A DNA stretch of 62,879 nucleotides, filler included, from Psammoneis japonica (GCA_008632985.1; 5 parts of 5 records of this genome joined end to end with filler, not necessarily neighbours in it); one strand, 5' to 3'. Shown: positions 12,766 to 25,571, numbered from the whole stretch's first letter. Program-made: numbers and translations. The notes: a model not told the origin generated them from the letters alone.

Positions 12766-13795
12766 CTGTCTGCGGCGCACCAGAGAAGTCACCACTCACT
12801 TGACAATCAGCCCAACTCAGGTTGTTGGACAGATGACCCTTGTCTTCAACACAGCCAAAATGAGGACACAAGCAGAGCAGCGTGGTTGATGAAATGCAAT
12901 GAGAGAAAGGCTGCAATTTGTTGGTGTCATGCAGCAACTGCATCGCGTCGATTGCTTCACAACAGTGCAGTGGCACCTGTGTTCAGCGCACCACAGGGCC
13001 CATCACAGACTCTCTGCTGCACTGGCCACTGGAGCAGAGTGCAGTTTTTTGAGGTCTGTGCTGCTGCAGCCTGTGCTCATGTCGAAGGCCAGACAGCTGG
13101 GCTTTCCCGTGCGTGCGTCGAGCGCGTTGCATCATGCAGCACACGCTGCATGCCGTGTGTGCGTCATGCGCATTGCATCATGCAGCACACACTGCTGCAT
13201 CATGCCAGCACCGCACCGCTGGCATGCATGCTGCGCAGTGCAAAACGGCACATTTGTTGGTCAGGCATCGACGCTGCTTGATGCCTCAGCCAAGTCATTG
13301 TTCGAGACAGTTTCTCAAGATGTTCCACCCAATTGGATGACAGCAAACACAACACTTCGAAGGGACTGTCTGAAACAGTGATTCTGGGGGCACACACGCG
13401 ATTTGGTGAGAAACGGCAGGTTGATCTGGTTGCCGCTTAGAGAAGGCTGTGGAGGGAGTTGGAAGCTCGGCCTTGCGCGGTGTGACCGCACGTTGAGTCT
13501 CGCTCACGAATCGTGATGATGACACTTTTCTTTTGTCACAACGTTGACGACCGCCATGGTCCATTTGGGCAAAGAGGTGGATTTTACTAAAAAATGGCTC
13601 CTGCGTGATTTCTACGGCGTCCCCACGCTAAATGGGAACAGATCCGCGATTGCTTGGTCGTGTGCAGCACAATAGATGATGAGTCGCAGATTATTGGCAC
13701 TGTCACCTTTATTGTTGAGTGCCACCCCCGGATGCCAAACGCCATTTTCCCGGTTTGATTTTTTGTGATTTGTGGCTGTTCGACGAAACTGGAAG

Positions 13796-15716
13796 ATGAC
13801 GGACCAGCATCCGCACGGCCAAGGCTCCTCTGGTGAAAAACAAGAAAAATTGGTGCCATCGTCCGCGTATGGGTCGAGTCATGTACGCAAAGCGTGGGCG
13901 AAACCGTACGAACTGTCATCGAACGAACAAGCAGAATCAACAACAAGAGAGTGTGAGGGTTCTCCTCGAACGAACAAAAAGTTTGCGAAGCGTATGCAAG
14001 GCGAGAGACCACGACAGGAAGAATCTCAATCAGAGCACTACCCTCCAGTGTACAAAGGAGATCCGAACCTTGACACACACATCCCAGAACACTCCCCTCT
14101 CGAGTGTTGGTGGCATCGCTCGTCATTCTGTTCGTTCCAGTCTTCGGAGAGAGGAAGAAGACTCCTGTGAAAACCGAGCGGTGCTTCCTGTAAGACGAAA
14201 CTCACAGAATCCTGAGACACATCGACACACCCAAAAGCCCCCCGTTGCAACTGCCGCAGCTGCCGGAGCGTTTGCGGTAGCTGGACCTGGTTCTGCTAAT
14301 GACACAAGCGCGGCTTTGCCGAGACAAGTGGTGGTGGATTCGTCAAATGAGCAACCTTCGATACCCATTGCTGCAGAGTTGGTGTCGGGTCCTGAAGGTC
14401 CTTTAACTCAAGAGATTCGAGAGCAATTACGAGCGGAACTTAGAGAAGCGATGGAAGCAGAGCTACAGAATCGAATTGTTGACGCACAAGTAATTCCTAT
14501 GGATGAGGAGGACTACCAGTCAAAACTACCTGATCAAAAGGAGCATCGAGTTGGACCAGAAGAGACTGCAATGGAAGTTGATGAAGAACGAAACAAGGAC
14601 TCAGAAATTTCGCCTCGGAAGCGCCGAAGGTACTGCATTGCCATCGTCTTTGTAGTTCTTTTGCTAGGGGCCGCAGGGGCAGTCGTGGCTGTGCTGCTAG
14701 CAGGCAAAAATGGCAGCGGCACACCCAGTATCCCTGCAGGCGCTGAGGGTGCCGCAGGAGGAAACAATGACACCGCCCCGCCAACTACAATTAAGCCAAT
14801 TCCGCCTGCACAAATTACGACACCACCCCAAGCTCCGGTTCCAACGCTCGATTCGACACCACTACGTCACCTCCGCCGACACCAGCCCTAACGCCTCCGC
14901 CGACACCACCTCCGACCCGGCCACCGACGCCGACACCGACCCCTCCACCTACCCCACCTCTGACCCGGCCACCAACCCGTCCTCCGACCGGCCACCAACC
15001 CGTCCTCCGACCAGGCCACCTACACCACGCCCAACTCCTTCACCGATCTCAAGGCCTAACTTCTTTTCAACCGAAACGTTCCGTCAGAATTACATACAAA
15101 AATGCTAGAGTATTCAAATACCGGGAGCAACATCAAATGCGTTTCCTTTACTCCAAGTGGTGGCTGGAGTATATTGCACGGGTACAATAGCTACTGGAAC
15201 TTCAACGTACCAAACACAGCCCACGAGAGGATGAAAGAACTATGGGATGAAGGACAAGAACTCAAGTTTGTCGCTTATGCTCCCAATGGCGGTTGGAGCA
15301 TACTTTACGGGCGGAACGGCTACTCCAACTACAACGTCCCGACCGAATTCAATACCAAAATGAGGGAGTTTAACGCTGGTGGGTATGAACTCAAGTGTGC
15401 CGCCTTTACGCCAGACGGTGCAGGTTGGACTATTCTGTATGGCTCTAATGGGTACTTGAGTCGCAACGTGCCACAGGATTCCATCACAAAGTTACAAGAG
15501 CTGAACAGCAATGGATATCATCTCAAACTAATCGCTTACACTTACCCACCACTCAATAATGGCTGGACCATCTTCTACGGCAGAAATGGATACTGGAACC
15601 AGAACGTTCCAATCGAAGCACACGAGAAAATTGGAGAGTATTCCAGTACAGGGTATGAACTGAAGCTGGTGGCTTATACTCCCAACGGTCGCGGCTGGAG
15701 TGTGTTGGCGAACTAA
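13796..15716 (+). CDS. Single-pass (type II) membrane protein: cytoplasmic N-terminus, TM helix, Pro/Thr stalk, four ~49-aa GGWxILYGxNGY..NVP repeats
   Basis: Joined across apparent 1-nt indels from ORFs 13772, 13833, 14710 and 15102. RKRRRY precedes the hydrophobic CIAIVFVVLLLGAAGAVVAVLLA; PPTRPPT stalk; repeats ELKxxAyTPxGxGWxIxYGxNGY. Confidence 0.8.
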
Positions 15717-15799
15717 ACAACAAGATCCCGCATTTGTCGGTAAACTACAGTGGAAAGTCGGTTGCGATGAGATTATAACTTCATGTTGTCTGCTGATGA

Positions 15800-16091
15800 A
15801 GCATTGACAAACGTAAGAACAACAGTTTTTGCAAAAAGAAAACCACGGTGTGTAAAACCAAACAAACCACGATTTTTCTGCCGACCGGGTCGTGCCTGAG
15901 TCTGTCGTGAGTTCAAAATTCTCCTCTGTTAAGGCAAGTAATCGAGAAGCAGCAGAGTTCAAGGGTGCCGACGATAATATCAGCACAATCAGAATATTCT
16001 GTATAAGCATCATTATCAGCTTGGCGTTGTTGATAAAACGGTACCACCAATTTCGATGAGACTTAGACTTGTCTTCGGTCTCCTTTTCCAT
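15800..16091 (-). pseudogene. Truncated thioredoxin/PDI-like gene fragment
   Basis: Hydrophobic leader, then LTEENFE...WFVWFYTPWFSFCK (degenerate FYAPWCxxCK). Similarity is lost immediately afterwards. Confidence 0.55.
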
Positions 16092-16329
16092 TGATTAGCG
16101 TCCAACCAGGGCAGTTATTCAGCACAAAATCGAGACTACTGTATTCAGAAACTCAAGACTTTTCAGAACTCCCCATGTGTTGATGATGTGCCGCTTCCCA
16201 CTTTCCGCATTTCCAATCTGGTGTAATTAGCCTAGAACGATAATCCATTTTCATACATTTTTGTGGGAGCATTTCCGAAATGCCGAACACTTGCCGAACC
16301 TTCTGCACTGTAGGGCAGGAATGACTTCC

Positions 16330-19300
16330 AGGCAGAAAGAGCACATTCACGTCAGCAACCATCACTCTCACCTGATGACGAAAAAAAAAAAGGGTAAGGT
16401 GCCATGCACATGCATGTCACCTCCTGCCAAGCCTGTCACAATTCCTCACAAACTGCATCAATCCTCATTGCAACCATGACTGCCACCCTGCATCCTGACA
16501 CTCTTCCTGATTCCCATGATGTTCCCTTGCTGCAGGCAACAAATGCTCTGCTCAAGGTGGCCCGTGTCACCCCTGGTGTCCTTTGTGCACCTGTCACTGA
16601 TGAATCCATGCTGTGGTGTGCCCAGCACTGGCTCTCATCAGGCTGATCTAGTTGCTGCTGCAAGGACTTGTTTGCTTGCTGTCCTGATTTAATGCCATCC
16701 ATGAACCAAGTCGATGCAACCAGTGTCACACAACTTTTGGTGCTTGCACGCAGAACCAGCACCTCCATCCACAGAAGATGCAGCCAGTTGTTGTCTCCAT
16801 TCCTGCACCTGCATGAGGCATCTCTGCATCTGATGCTGATGCCACACAGCACCCATGGATTTGCCCCATTAGATTGACACAAGAGCAGCAAACTGTCTCT
16901 TGGACATGGCTTTTGATGATCTAACAAGGAAATTGACTGGTCCTGAGAGAGAAGCAGAGATGTCAGGAAAAGTCTGCTTTGGCGTCTTGTTCCAAGAGAA
17001 AGAGCAATGCCACAAGATCTTCCATGATTCAAGCAGATGCAATGATGTTTGCAAAATTGCCATGTGATTCCTGGGAAGAGATGGCTTTTTAAATCAATGA
17101 TTGTTGTTTGCAACAGCAGCTTCATCCCATTTCTCAAATCCGAGTGTCTCTCATTTGCCAGACATTTTGCTTCTGTGCCTGCACCAACTTGACAATGTTG
17201 ATTTTTTGTCTGAGAAGTGTGGAAAATGTCATTGGCAAAATTTGTCCATGACAAATGGCGCGCACCAACAAGGGAGCAAAGAACAAGACACCAACCAAGA
17301 AAACAGCTGGCAAGAACAATCAGAAGCGCCTTGTGCAGCAGTGCAGAGTTGTGGCACACAAGAGAGTGTGGATTAAAAAAATGTGGAGCCTGCTAAAAAA
17401 AAGGAGCAGATTGCCAACTCAGAAAGGGCAGCAGAAGGAACTGGAAATCAGCAATGATGTTGAATCTGGACTGGGCAAATGCAAAACATTTGACAGTGTG
17501 GCTGATGCAATGAAGGCGTGGGAGATGATTGTGAAGATTCGGAGGATGGAAGAATGCAACAGCAGCGGTGCTTTGCCTGAAGACAGCTGCACTTGCAGGT
17601 GTGATCATTTGTGAGTCAGATCCAGAGAATCTTTGTCTTTTGGAAATTGTGAGAGTTGCAGATGACAGTCTGCAGGTTTGGGAGCACCACAGATGCACCA
17701 TGAGTCGTGCACAAATGTGACAATGCCGCTGGGTGAAAGGGTGACCCTGGCGCCAAGGTGGGTGCAATGCTCCAGCCAGCTGACACATTGATGGTGGCTC
17801 CAGTCAAAGCATTGCTGGGGCTGAAGCTGAAGGCTGCAGCAATGACCAGGTCCAGCCATGTTGCCTCTGCCTTTGAGCCAGTTGGTGGCTGCTGGCACAG
17901 TCTCACAAGCAGAAGCATGTTGCCAGCGGCCAAGGTGGCTTGTGTGGCATGACACTCAGCAGAGTGGGCGGCTCGGAGCTGGGCACTGAGTGCCATTGTC
18001 AGTGACAACAACTTGCGCAGGGAGTGCCAGAGAGGTGGTGGCCAGACTGTCTGCTGTTGCAGAGATGCCAAGCAACAGCCAGGGCAATGTTGTTGGAATT
18101 GAGGTCTGGACAAACACCACCACACTGCTTTGACAGCTGTGCTGACCAGATTGGAGCTGGAGAATGCCAAAAAGGCCAGAAATGGTCCCTCCAGAAGGAA
18201 GGCACCATCAAGAAAGTGGACAGCAGTCCATGACCACACTTCTCAGAGAGAGAAAACAAGGCAGCCAGCAATGCAGAAGCGCCAGAAGCTGAAGCTGAAG
18301 CACCAGCGGTGATGAAAGAAAAGAACAAGATTGCTGCAGCTTCTTGAGTGCTTGCAGCCATGAGTGCTGCTTCTGCGGCATGCAAAATGCCTCTGAAGCA
18401 GCGTCACAAAAAAACAGACCCCGCCCCACTCACGCATGGGGGGGCATGGACCACCATCTCCTGTTGGTCTCTGATCTGTGCCAAGGCAACATTGGGGAAG
18501 CACAACATCCAATCTGAGCAGGAGCTTGAGCTGTGGGACATTTGCAAGAATGACAAAGCCCTCATCATCATCTCCAATGATGAGCTGTTGGCAAGCCCCC
18601 TTTTTGTTTGTTGACACATGTTGAGTGCACCTCACTTGACAACACTGGCACCACCATCCAAGGGTGACAGAGCAGTCATTGAGCATTGCACTGCATGAGT
18701 TGACACAGATGACTCCCTCTGAGCTGAATCTTTGGAGGCTTGGAGAGACACCATTGGTGCATGCAGCTTGGCTCCAGGGGTGAAAACTTTGGATTTGAGT
18801 GATGATGGCACCATTTGTGTCACAGAACCTTTGGCCCTTGGTGCAGGCTGTTGGCTGCATTGTCAGGGCTGGGGGGCACCACTCAAATGTGCAATGCTCC
18901 AGTGCTTGTGTGGCATCACAGATGAAAGTGCAGCAGCTTTTTTCAGGGGCCAAAAATGAGAAAAGGGTGTTCCACTTGCATCTGTCACACAGCTCCATTG
19001 GCAGCATGTGCCAAAAATGAGAGATTTGGAGCACTGTTTGAGAGGAGCCCACTGTCTTCCAGCGGGCTGCAAGTTGCGAAGGCAACATGAGGAAATCCAG
19101 ACATCTGGATGGCTGAGCCCTCCAGATGACACAATCTGACAGCTGTTGCTGCAGTGATCGTGATGTGGAGGAGAGTCTTTTGTTTTGTGTGGTGCGAGTC
19201 TGGCAGCTCTGTGTGTGCACAGCAGATGAGCTCATTGGGAATGGTGCTGCCAAGTTGCTCTCCTTTTAATTGAATCCCAACAGTCACAACCAAGCTTGAA

Positions 19301-20350
19301 GAGGGAAAGCCAGATGGGTGGGAGACAAGGAGATGCTGCCTGGGGATGCTGTGTTGACCCCCACCATCTCATCGTCTGCACAAATCTGTCGCTGAAGGCA
19401 ATCTCTGCACCTGGTCAAGCCACTTGCAATGCCAGCTGCAAGTGTTCTCCAGCCAAATTGGCTGGACATTAGAGGGGGCTTGTTCTGGAGTGCCATCACA
19501 TTGCTGTCTGTTGTGATGAATTCTCACACCTCACGAGCCTGTTTTTGTGAGAGTCAGGTTCATCTGCGCAGGATGTGTCTGGTCCTTTTTGACCCTTTCC
19601 CCTCATTCTTCAACCACATTGTCTTCACAATCTAAGACATGACATTGTCCATGTTGTTTTTGGAGATCTTGGTGGTGCAACTGCATTTCTGGGCTTTGCA
19701 CTTGGTGAAATGAAGAGGTGGAGGATGGTTTGGCCGGGCACCTCACCTCCTCTTGGCTGCGCGGATGCCACAAACCACTGCTGGTGCCAGGTTCCATAAA
19801 ATTTGGCAGAGTCACTCAGAACCACCTCTGGGAGCTCATGTGGTGAGTGTGCTGTGATGTGTGTCCTCATTGGTTCATTGTTGTGTGTTTCGTTCCACTC
19901 GCCACATTTGCACCGCCTTGCTTGCTTGTCAGCAGTTTGCCAGCACGGAGTGTCTGTGGCTGCTGCGAGAGCCACATGACATGTGTTCTTTGACAACATT
20001 TGTTCATTTGGGGAATCAGATCCTGGAGTTTTCATTGTCTGGTTGTGGACAAATGTGGAAGATGGAGTTTGCTGCAGCAGGCGAACGTGCAATTGCGCTG
20101 TGTCTCTCGACGGCAGAGTTGGCAGCGAGCGTGTGCACATTGTCCCATGAGCACCAAACCAGCAGATGATGTGTTTGGATTTAGATGGCTCAATGGCTGT
20201 CATTGTTTGTTAGTCTGCCAGTGTTCATTAGAGTTGCGACTGTGTTGGAGCAACATCACATCATGGTCATGCCAGGTGCGGCACGGCGGTGGCACGGGCA
20301 CAATGCGGTGGCCCTTCCGGACTTCTTTTGCGTGTTTTCGACATGTGTTT
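16330..20350. other. TpA-depleted block of decayed coding/repeat sequence
   Basis: Near absence of TA from ~16.4 to ~19.6 kb, with TA returning gradually toward 20.35 kb. Confidence 0.85.
18480..19170 (+). pseudogene. Hypermutated partial paralogue of the LRR gene at 22.9-24.1 kb
   Basis: ttggggaagc..acatccaatctga..ggagcttga.ctgtggg, ttggatttga, tttggccctt and gaggaaatc.agac..caatctgaca are shared with 23221-24080. Confidence 0.85.
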
Positions 20351-21684
20351 GTAAAAAGCATAAAAAATTACCAATCTTTTAATCATTTATGACGCAATTA
20401 TGGAAAAAATATCCCAACGCATTCGGCGCTCACCGTGCAAACAACACGACAATGGCCGAAATGCCGTTCGTTCTCGAAAAATTAGAGGGGCAGCCTCCAA
20501 CTTTTTTCAGGGTATATCTCGTTTGATATAGGTAACAAACTTATGAAGAAAGTTGGAGGCATACCCACCTCCATTGCGTTCAACGAACGGCATTTCAGCC
20601 ATTGTCGTGTTGTTCTGCACGGTGAGCTCATAGAATTCGCGCTCAAGACGTTTGAGCGTTTTTCCATAAATCGCACGCATTCGCAAAAACTACTGTCTTA
20701 TTTTTATCCGTTTTTCCAGTGAAATTTCCAAAATGCCACAAACCACTGCTGGTGCCAGGTTCCATAAAATTTGGCAGAGTCACTCAGAACCACCTCTGGG
20801 AGCTCATGTGGTGAGTGTGCTGTGATGTGTGTCCTCATTGGTTCATTGTTGTGTGCTTTGTTCCGCTCACGTTTGCATTTTGCTTGTCAGCTTGCCAGCA
20901 TGGATGTCTGTGGCTGCTGCGAGAGCCGCGCGACATGTGTTCTTTGACAACATTTGTTCATTTGGGGAATCAGATCCTGGAGTTTTCATTGTCTGGTTGT
21001 GGACAAATGTGGAAGATGGAGTTTGCTGCAGCAGGCGAACGTGCAATTGCGCTGTGTCTCTCGACGGCAGAGTTGGCAGCGAGCGTGTGTACATTGTCCC
21101 ATGAGCGCCAAACCAGCAGATGATGTGTTTGGATTTAGATGGGCTCAATGGCTGTCATTGTTTGTTAGTCTACCAGTGTTCATTAGAGTTGCGACTGTGT
21201 TGGAGCAACATCACATCATGGTCATGCCAGGTACGGCACGGAGGTGGCACGGTGCACAGTGCGGTGGCCCTTCCGGACTTCTTTTGCGTGTTTTCGACAT
21301 ATATTTGTAAAAAGCATAAAAAATAACCAATCTTTTAATCATTTATGACGCAATTATGGAAAAAATATCCCAACGCGTTCGGCGCTCACCGTGCAAACAA
21401 CACGACAATGGCCGAAATGCCGTTCGTTCTCGAAATCTTAGAGGGGAAGCCTCCAACTTTTTTCAGGGTATATCTCGCTTGATATGGGTAACAAACTTAT
21501 GAAGAAAGTTGGAGGCCTACCCACCTCCATTGCGTTCAACGAACGGCATTTCAGCCATTGTCGTGTTGTTTGCACGGTGAGCTCAGAATTCGCGCTCAAG
21601 CCGTTTGAGCGTTTTTCTATAAATCGCACGCATTCGCAAAAAATACTGTCTTATTTTATCCGTTTTTCAAGTGCGTTCCAAAAT
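19765..21684 (+). repeat. Recent head-to-tail tandem duplication, period 968 bp (19765-20732 / 20733-21684)
   Basis: Both copies start atgccacaaaccactgctggtgccagg and end ..ttccaaaat; highly similar throughout. Confidence 0.95.
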
Positions 21685-21724
21685 CCAAAAGTTTCCAAAT
21701 TATTGTTAAAATTCTCAACGCACC

Positions 21725-22741
21725 ATGACGGTCTCTGAAAGTCAATCTCATGTGTCACTGCTGCAAATTGCAGCAGCACAATGGCTCGCCAAGCTCTCCG
21801 TTCGAATTCCGTACAATCGCCCGTTGGCACTCAAAGTGATTCTCGCCGTACCTCTGCTGCCATTAGCAGTTGCTGTTTTGTGCTTTTGTGTCAATCAAAT
21901 CACACCCGGAATTGTATTTCTGGTGCTCTTTTTGGTGATTGCATCGTACGCTCTCCATGTAGCCTCTACCCATTCGGCATATCCATTGCTACCCGAAGCC
22001 ACTCGAGGACGACGCCTGAGCGCTTCTCAAATTCGTGCCAAAAGCACCCCACTCTACGATGTCTACACTCCGCCGGGCCCCAAGCAAAATGTGCCTTGCG
22101 CTTTGCTCCTTGTTCCAGGTGCCAGGATTCGACCTGAATCCTATTCCGTAATTGCTCGATTACTGTCGGACGAGGGTATTCTCGTGATTGTTCAAAATAC
22201 GGCTCGGTCGAGCTATTATTTGCCATCCACGCTTACCGGTTCTGGGCCAGAAGAATTGCAACAAATCATGAGAGAGGTGGAGAAGGAGTACGAAATTCAA
22301 GAATGGGCCATTGGAGGGCATGATTCGGGTACTATTCCTGCAGCTCTTTGTGCACAACGATTGGGCGTTTCGAAACTTGTCCTGTGGGGTCCATCCACAA
22401 ATCAGTGGCGAGTGAATTTGAGCAAATCTCAAGTAATTGTCTTGGTCGTTCTGGTTGGTGACACGACGGATCGTATCGATAAGAATATTGAGAGTCGCCT
22501 TCCACCCATGGCTACTACTAGTTCATCAAGCAAAGGAGGGGTTACAATTTATTCCGTAATAAAGGGCGGCAACCGTTCGGGGTTTGCTCACTACAAATGT
22601 GAACATGCGCACGGAGAAGAGACGCTTCCCTTGCAAGAGCAGCAGCGACAGTGTGTGAGTGTGACTTCGCTGTTTTTGAAGCGTAGCCAAAGCTATTATA
22701 CGGATCAAAACTGCGACTACAATCTCATCGAGTCTTCGTGA
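21725..22741 (+). CDS. Membrane-anchored alpha/beta-hydrolase fold protein (Abhydrolase_5-like), probably catalytically inactive
   Basis: Two N-terminal hydrophobic helices; LLVPGARIRPESYSVIARLL; WAIGGHDSG (usually GHSxG); IKGGNRSGFAHY (usually GGNHxxF). Confidence 0.75.
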   Translation: MTVSESQSHVSLLQIAAAQWLAKLSVRIPYNRPLALKVILAVPLLPLAVAVLCFCVNQITPGIVFLVLFLVIASYALHVASTHSAYPLLPEATRGRRLSASQIRAKSTPLYDVYTPPGPKQNVPCALLLVPGARIRPESYSVIARLLSDEGILVIVQNTARSSYYLPSTLTGSGPEELQQIMREVEKEYEIQEWAIGGHDSGTIPAALCAQRLGVSKLVLWGPSTNQWRVNLSKSQVIVLVVLVGDTTDRIDKNIESRLPPMATTSSSSKGGVTIYSVIKGGNRSGFAHYKCEHAHGEETLPLQEQQRQCVSVTSLFLKRSQSYYTDQNCDYNLIESS

Positions 22742-22881
22742 AACTTAATCATCCAGTCGCCCTTCTACTATGGAGCTTTGCTGTTCAAGCTGACGAGCTT
22801 CATATTGAGAATGCTAGCAAGGATTGCGATTCGAATGGTACAACTGGAGACTGCAAGCTTCACTGCTTGTATCGGCGAGTG

Positions 22882-24078
22882 ATGAAGGATCCCATAATAG
22901 TTGCCCCTCTCAAATTGAGGAACTCGAAAAGCTCACGGCCAAACGGATTGATCCAATTACGTGCAAACCGGATCATGGTGGAAGTCGTGTCAACAATGGA
23001 AAGCTCAAATTCAATAGACCCATCCAGACCACAACGGAAGCACACAAGGTTGTCTTTTACGAATGCGTCGACTGGCCGTCCAATCAGCAGAAAGATGCAA
23101 ACTGGTCCAAGCGGTCGATGAATTATCGTGGTCACACCTGCAAAATGTGAAAAAGCTCATCTTTACATATTATGGCTTTGGAACTGAGGGAGCAATAGAA
23201 CTAGCTCGGGGGCTGTCTAGGAGCAACGTTGGGGAAGCAACATCCAATCTGAAGGAGCTTGACCTGTGGGTCATGGACAATGAATCGCTTGCCATCATCT
23301 CTGATGAGCTCTTGGCAAACCCTTTCTGTCAGTTGACAAGCTTTGAATATGCTTCAGTTGATGACAGTGATGACACCCCCAGGGTGGCGGTCATTTAGCA
23401 GGGCATTGCAAACTAACACATCACTGACCAAACTGAGTTTCCAAGGACTTAATAACTTCGGGTGTGTATGTGCACTTTTTGAAGGGCTGAAATACAACAC
23501 CAGTGTGGAAACCTTGGATTTGAACAACAATGAAGAAGGCGACGCAGTGTGTTTGGCCCTTAGCGAGCTGTTGGTTGCATCGTCGGGGCGCCGCTCAAAC
23601 GTGTAATCCTCTCTAACAGCTTCATCACGGACGAGGGTGCGGTGGCTCTTGCACAGGAGCTCATAAATGACAAAGGCTTGGACTCTTTAGATCTGAGTCA
23701 CAACGACATTGGTGAGAGAGGCATTTCTGCCTTGTTGGAGGCAGTGAGAGATCACAACAGAACCATTACTTGTCTCGATTTATCTCAATCTGGTCGGCGG
23801 CGTTACAGTGTACCAGAACTTAACAACATGATGATCGATCAGATTAGTTTCTACTGCTCGCTCAATCGTGCTGGTCGTCAACATGTGGGAGACACATCTG
23901 TACCAGCCGCCTTGTGGCCATGCATCTTGTACAAGGAACACATCAACTGTGACCCAAGTTAATGTTTGGAATGATCCGAGAGAGGCCCGACATCTTCCAG
24001 TGGGGTGCTAGTCGCAAAGGCGACACGAGGAAATCTAGACGTCCAGGTGGTTCGAGCTCTGTAGACGATACAATCTGA
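22882..24078 (+). CDS. RNI-like leucine-rich-repeat protein (frameshifted in this assembly)
   Basis: ALQTNTSLTKLSF, GLKYNTSVETLDL, LDLSHNDIGERGISALLEAV..NRTITCLDL, and the C-terminal LNRAGR..ALWPCIL motif typical of expanded diatom LRR families. Split across four ORFs. Confidence 0.75.
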
Positions 24079-24385
24079 CATCTACTGCCGTGATTGCGAC
24101 TTGTGGGTAGTCTATTGTAATGAATCTAGTAGTAGTGGTGTATGCATAATTTTGTTTTATACAGCAGGTCCAGTTCGCCCCTGTAATATGGACGTCGGCG
24201 GTTCACCCTGACGAGCTACGTAATGTTCCTCCCAATGAGTACCTACGTATAATATCTAGAAAGTAGGGTGTCGCCATCGGTACAAAGACATTGGCACCCT
24301 GACACAAACATGAAAAGCAATGTGCTCGTTCTATTCATATTATATAAACTGCAGTACAGGTTGTACAAACCGACCACTCCTTTGC

Positions 24386-25470
24386 TCAAGCTGTATGAAC
24401 CCGCACGTCAATCACATTCAAATCCAACTCTTGCTTGAGTGTAGATAAATCTGTCAAGAGTGCGTGCAAGCTTTCGTCATCAAGGATACGCGAGGTCGTA
24501 CACTCGGCCTCCACCACAAATTCTCGTGTTTTGGTCTTGTTTGTCATTTGCAAGTCGGTCGAAAGCGACTCGACCGATAGGCCCTTGTCCGCCAACCGTT
24601 CGGCAACACTGGCCAGTACGCCGGGTCTGAAAAAAAAAGAGAAAGAATATCATAAGCATTTACAAACCAATACCAATAACGCACGGTGCCCTATTTCATA
24701 ACCAAACTTGACTTACTTGTCTGCCCCGACACACTTGACACGAATTCCCATGACCGCTTGATCGTAGGTTCCAGTCATTCGTCTATTCAAGTGGTGGCAC
24801 GAATATCCAATGGCTTCAGAGCTTTTTCATTCATAACACCGTCAATGAGATCCTTTCTCTGTTTCGGCGGCACGCTCACATGCATCAATATAACAAACTC
24901 TTGTCCCAATCGTACCATGCTGCTATGCGTCACATTCCACCCCTATCGGCAATGCATCTCGCCAACAACGCCACAACGCCGACTCGATCCGGACCACTGG
25001 CGGAAATACACACATGATGCAAATCACGATCCAACTCGACGGGCCCTGTAAAGACATCGTGAAATCCTTCCTTCATGATACTCATGGTGGCTCCCGTCAC
25101 GGCTCCACCAGCCATGTCTTCTCCGTGCATGACATCACCACCACGCATGGCACTTAAAATACAAGTCCAAACCAAAGACACGCCGCCACAAAGGGAATAC
25201 GAGCGTACATGGGCATGAAAGCAAAATTGACTGCAGTCGCTGGAACCCACACTTTCCAAAGTGCTGACAAGTCGTCGGCCATGTTTTCCTTGTATTCCGC
25301 CAGGACACGTCCAAAATCGGGCTTGTCACTCATGACAAACTCTCGTGTACAGTAGAATGCCGGAAAGTACATGAATGGATGGTGGACACATTGATCCAAA
25401 AACACTTGTGCCCCGAGCGCCGCCATGCCCTTGACATCCTTTAGTTTTTGACGCAACGACTTGGCCGCAA
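24386..25470 (-). CDS. Mpv17/PMP22-family membrane protein fused to two C-terminal ACT domains (5' end lost in gap; intron 24627-24716)
   Basis: QVFLDQCVHHPFMYFPAFY..WKVWVPATAVNFAFMP..RIPFV (Mpv17), then HVCISASGPDRVG.VA.LA..IA and, across a GT-AG intron, VKCVGADKPGVLASVAERLADKGLSVESL (ACT). Confidence 0.8.
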
Positions 25471-25571
25471 ANNNNNNNNNNNNNNNNNNNNNNNNNNNNN
25501 NNNNNNNNNNNNNNNTTAATTAATTAANNNNNNNNNNNNNNNNNNNNNNNNNNNNNNNNNNNNNNNNNNNN

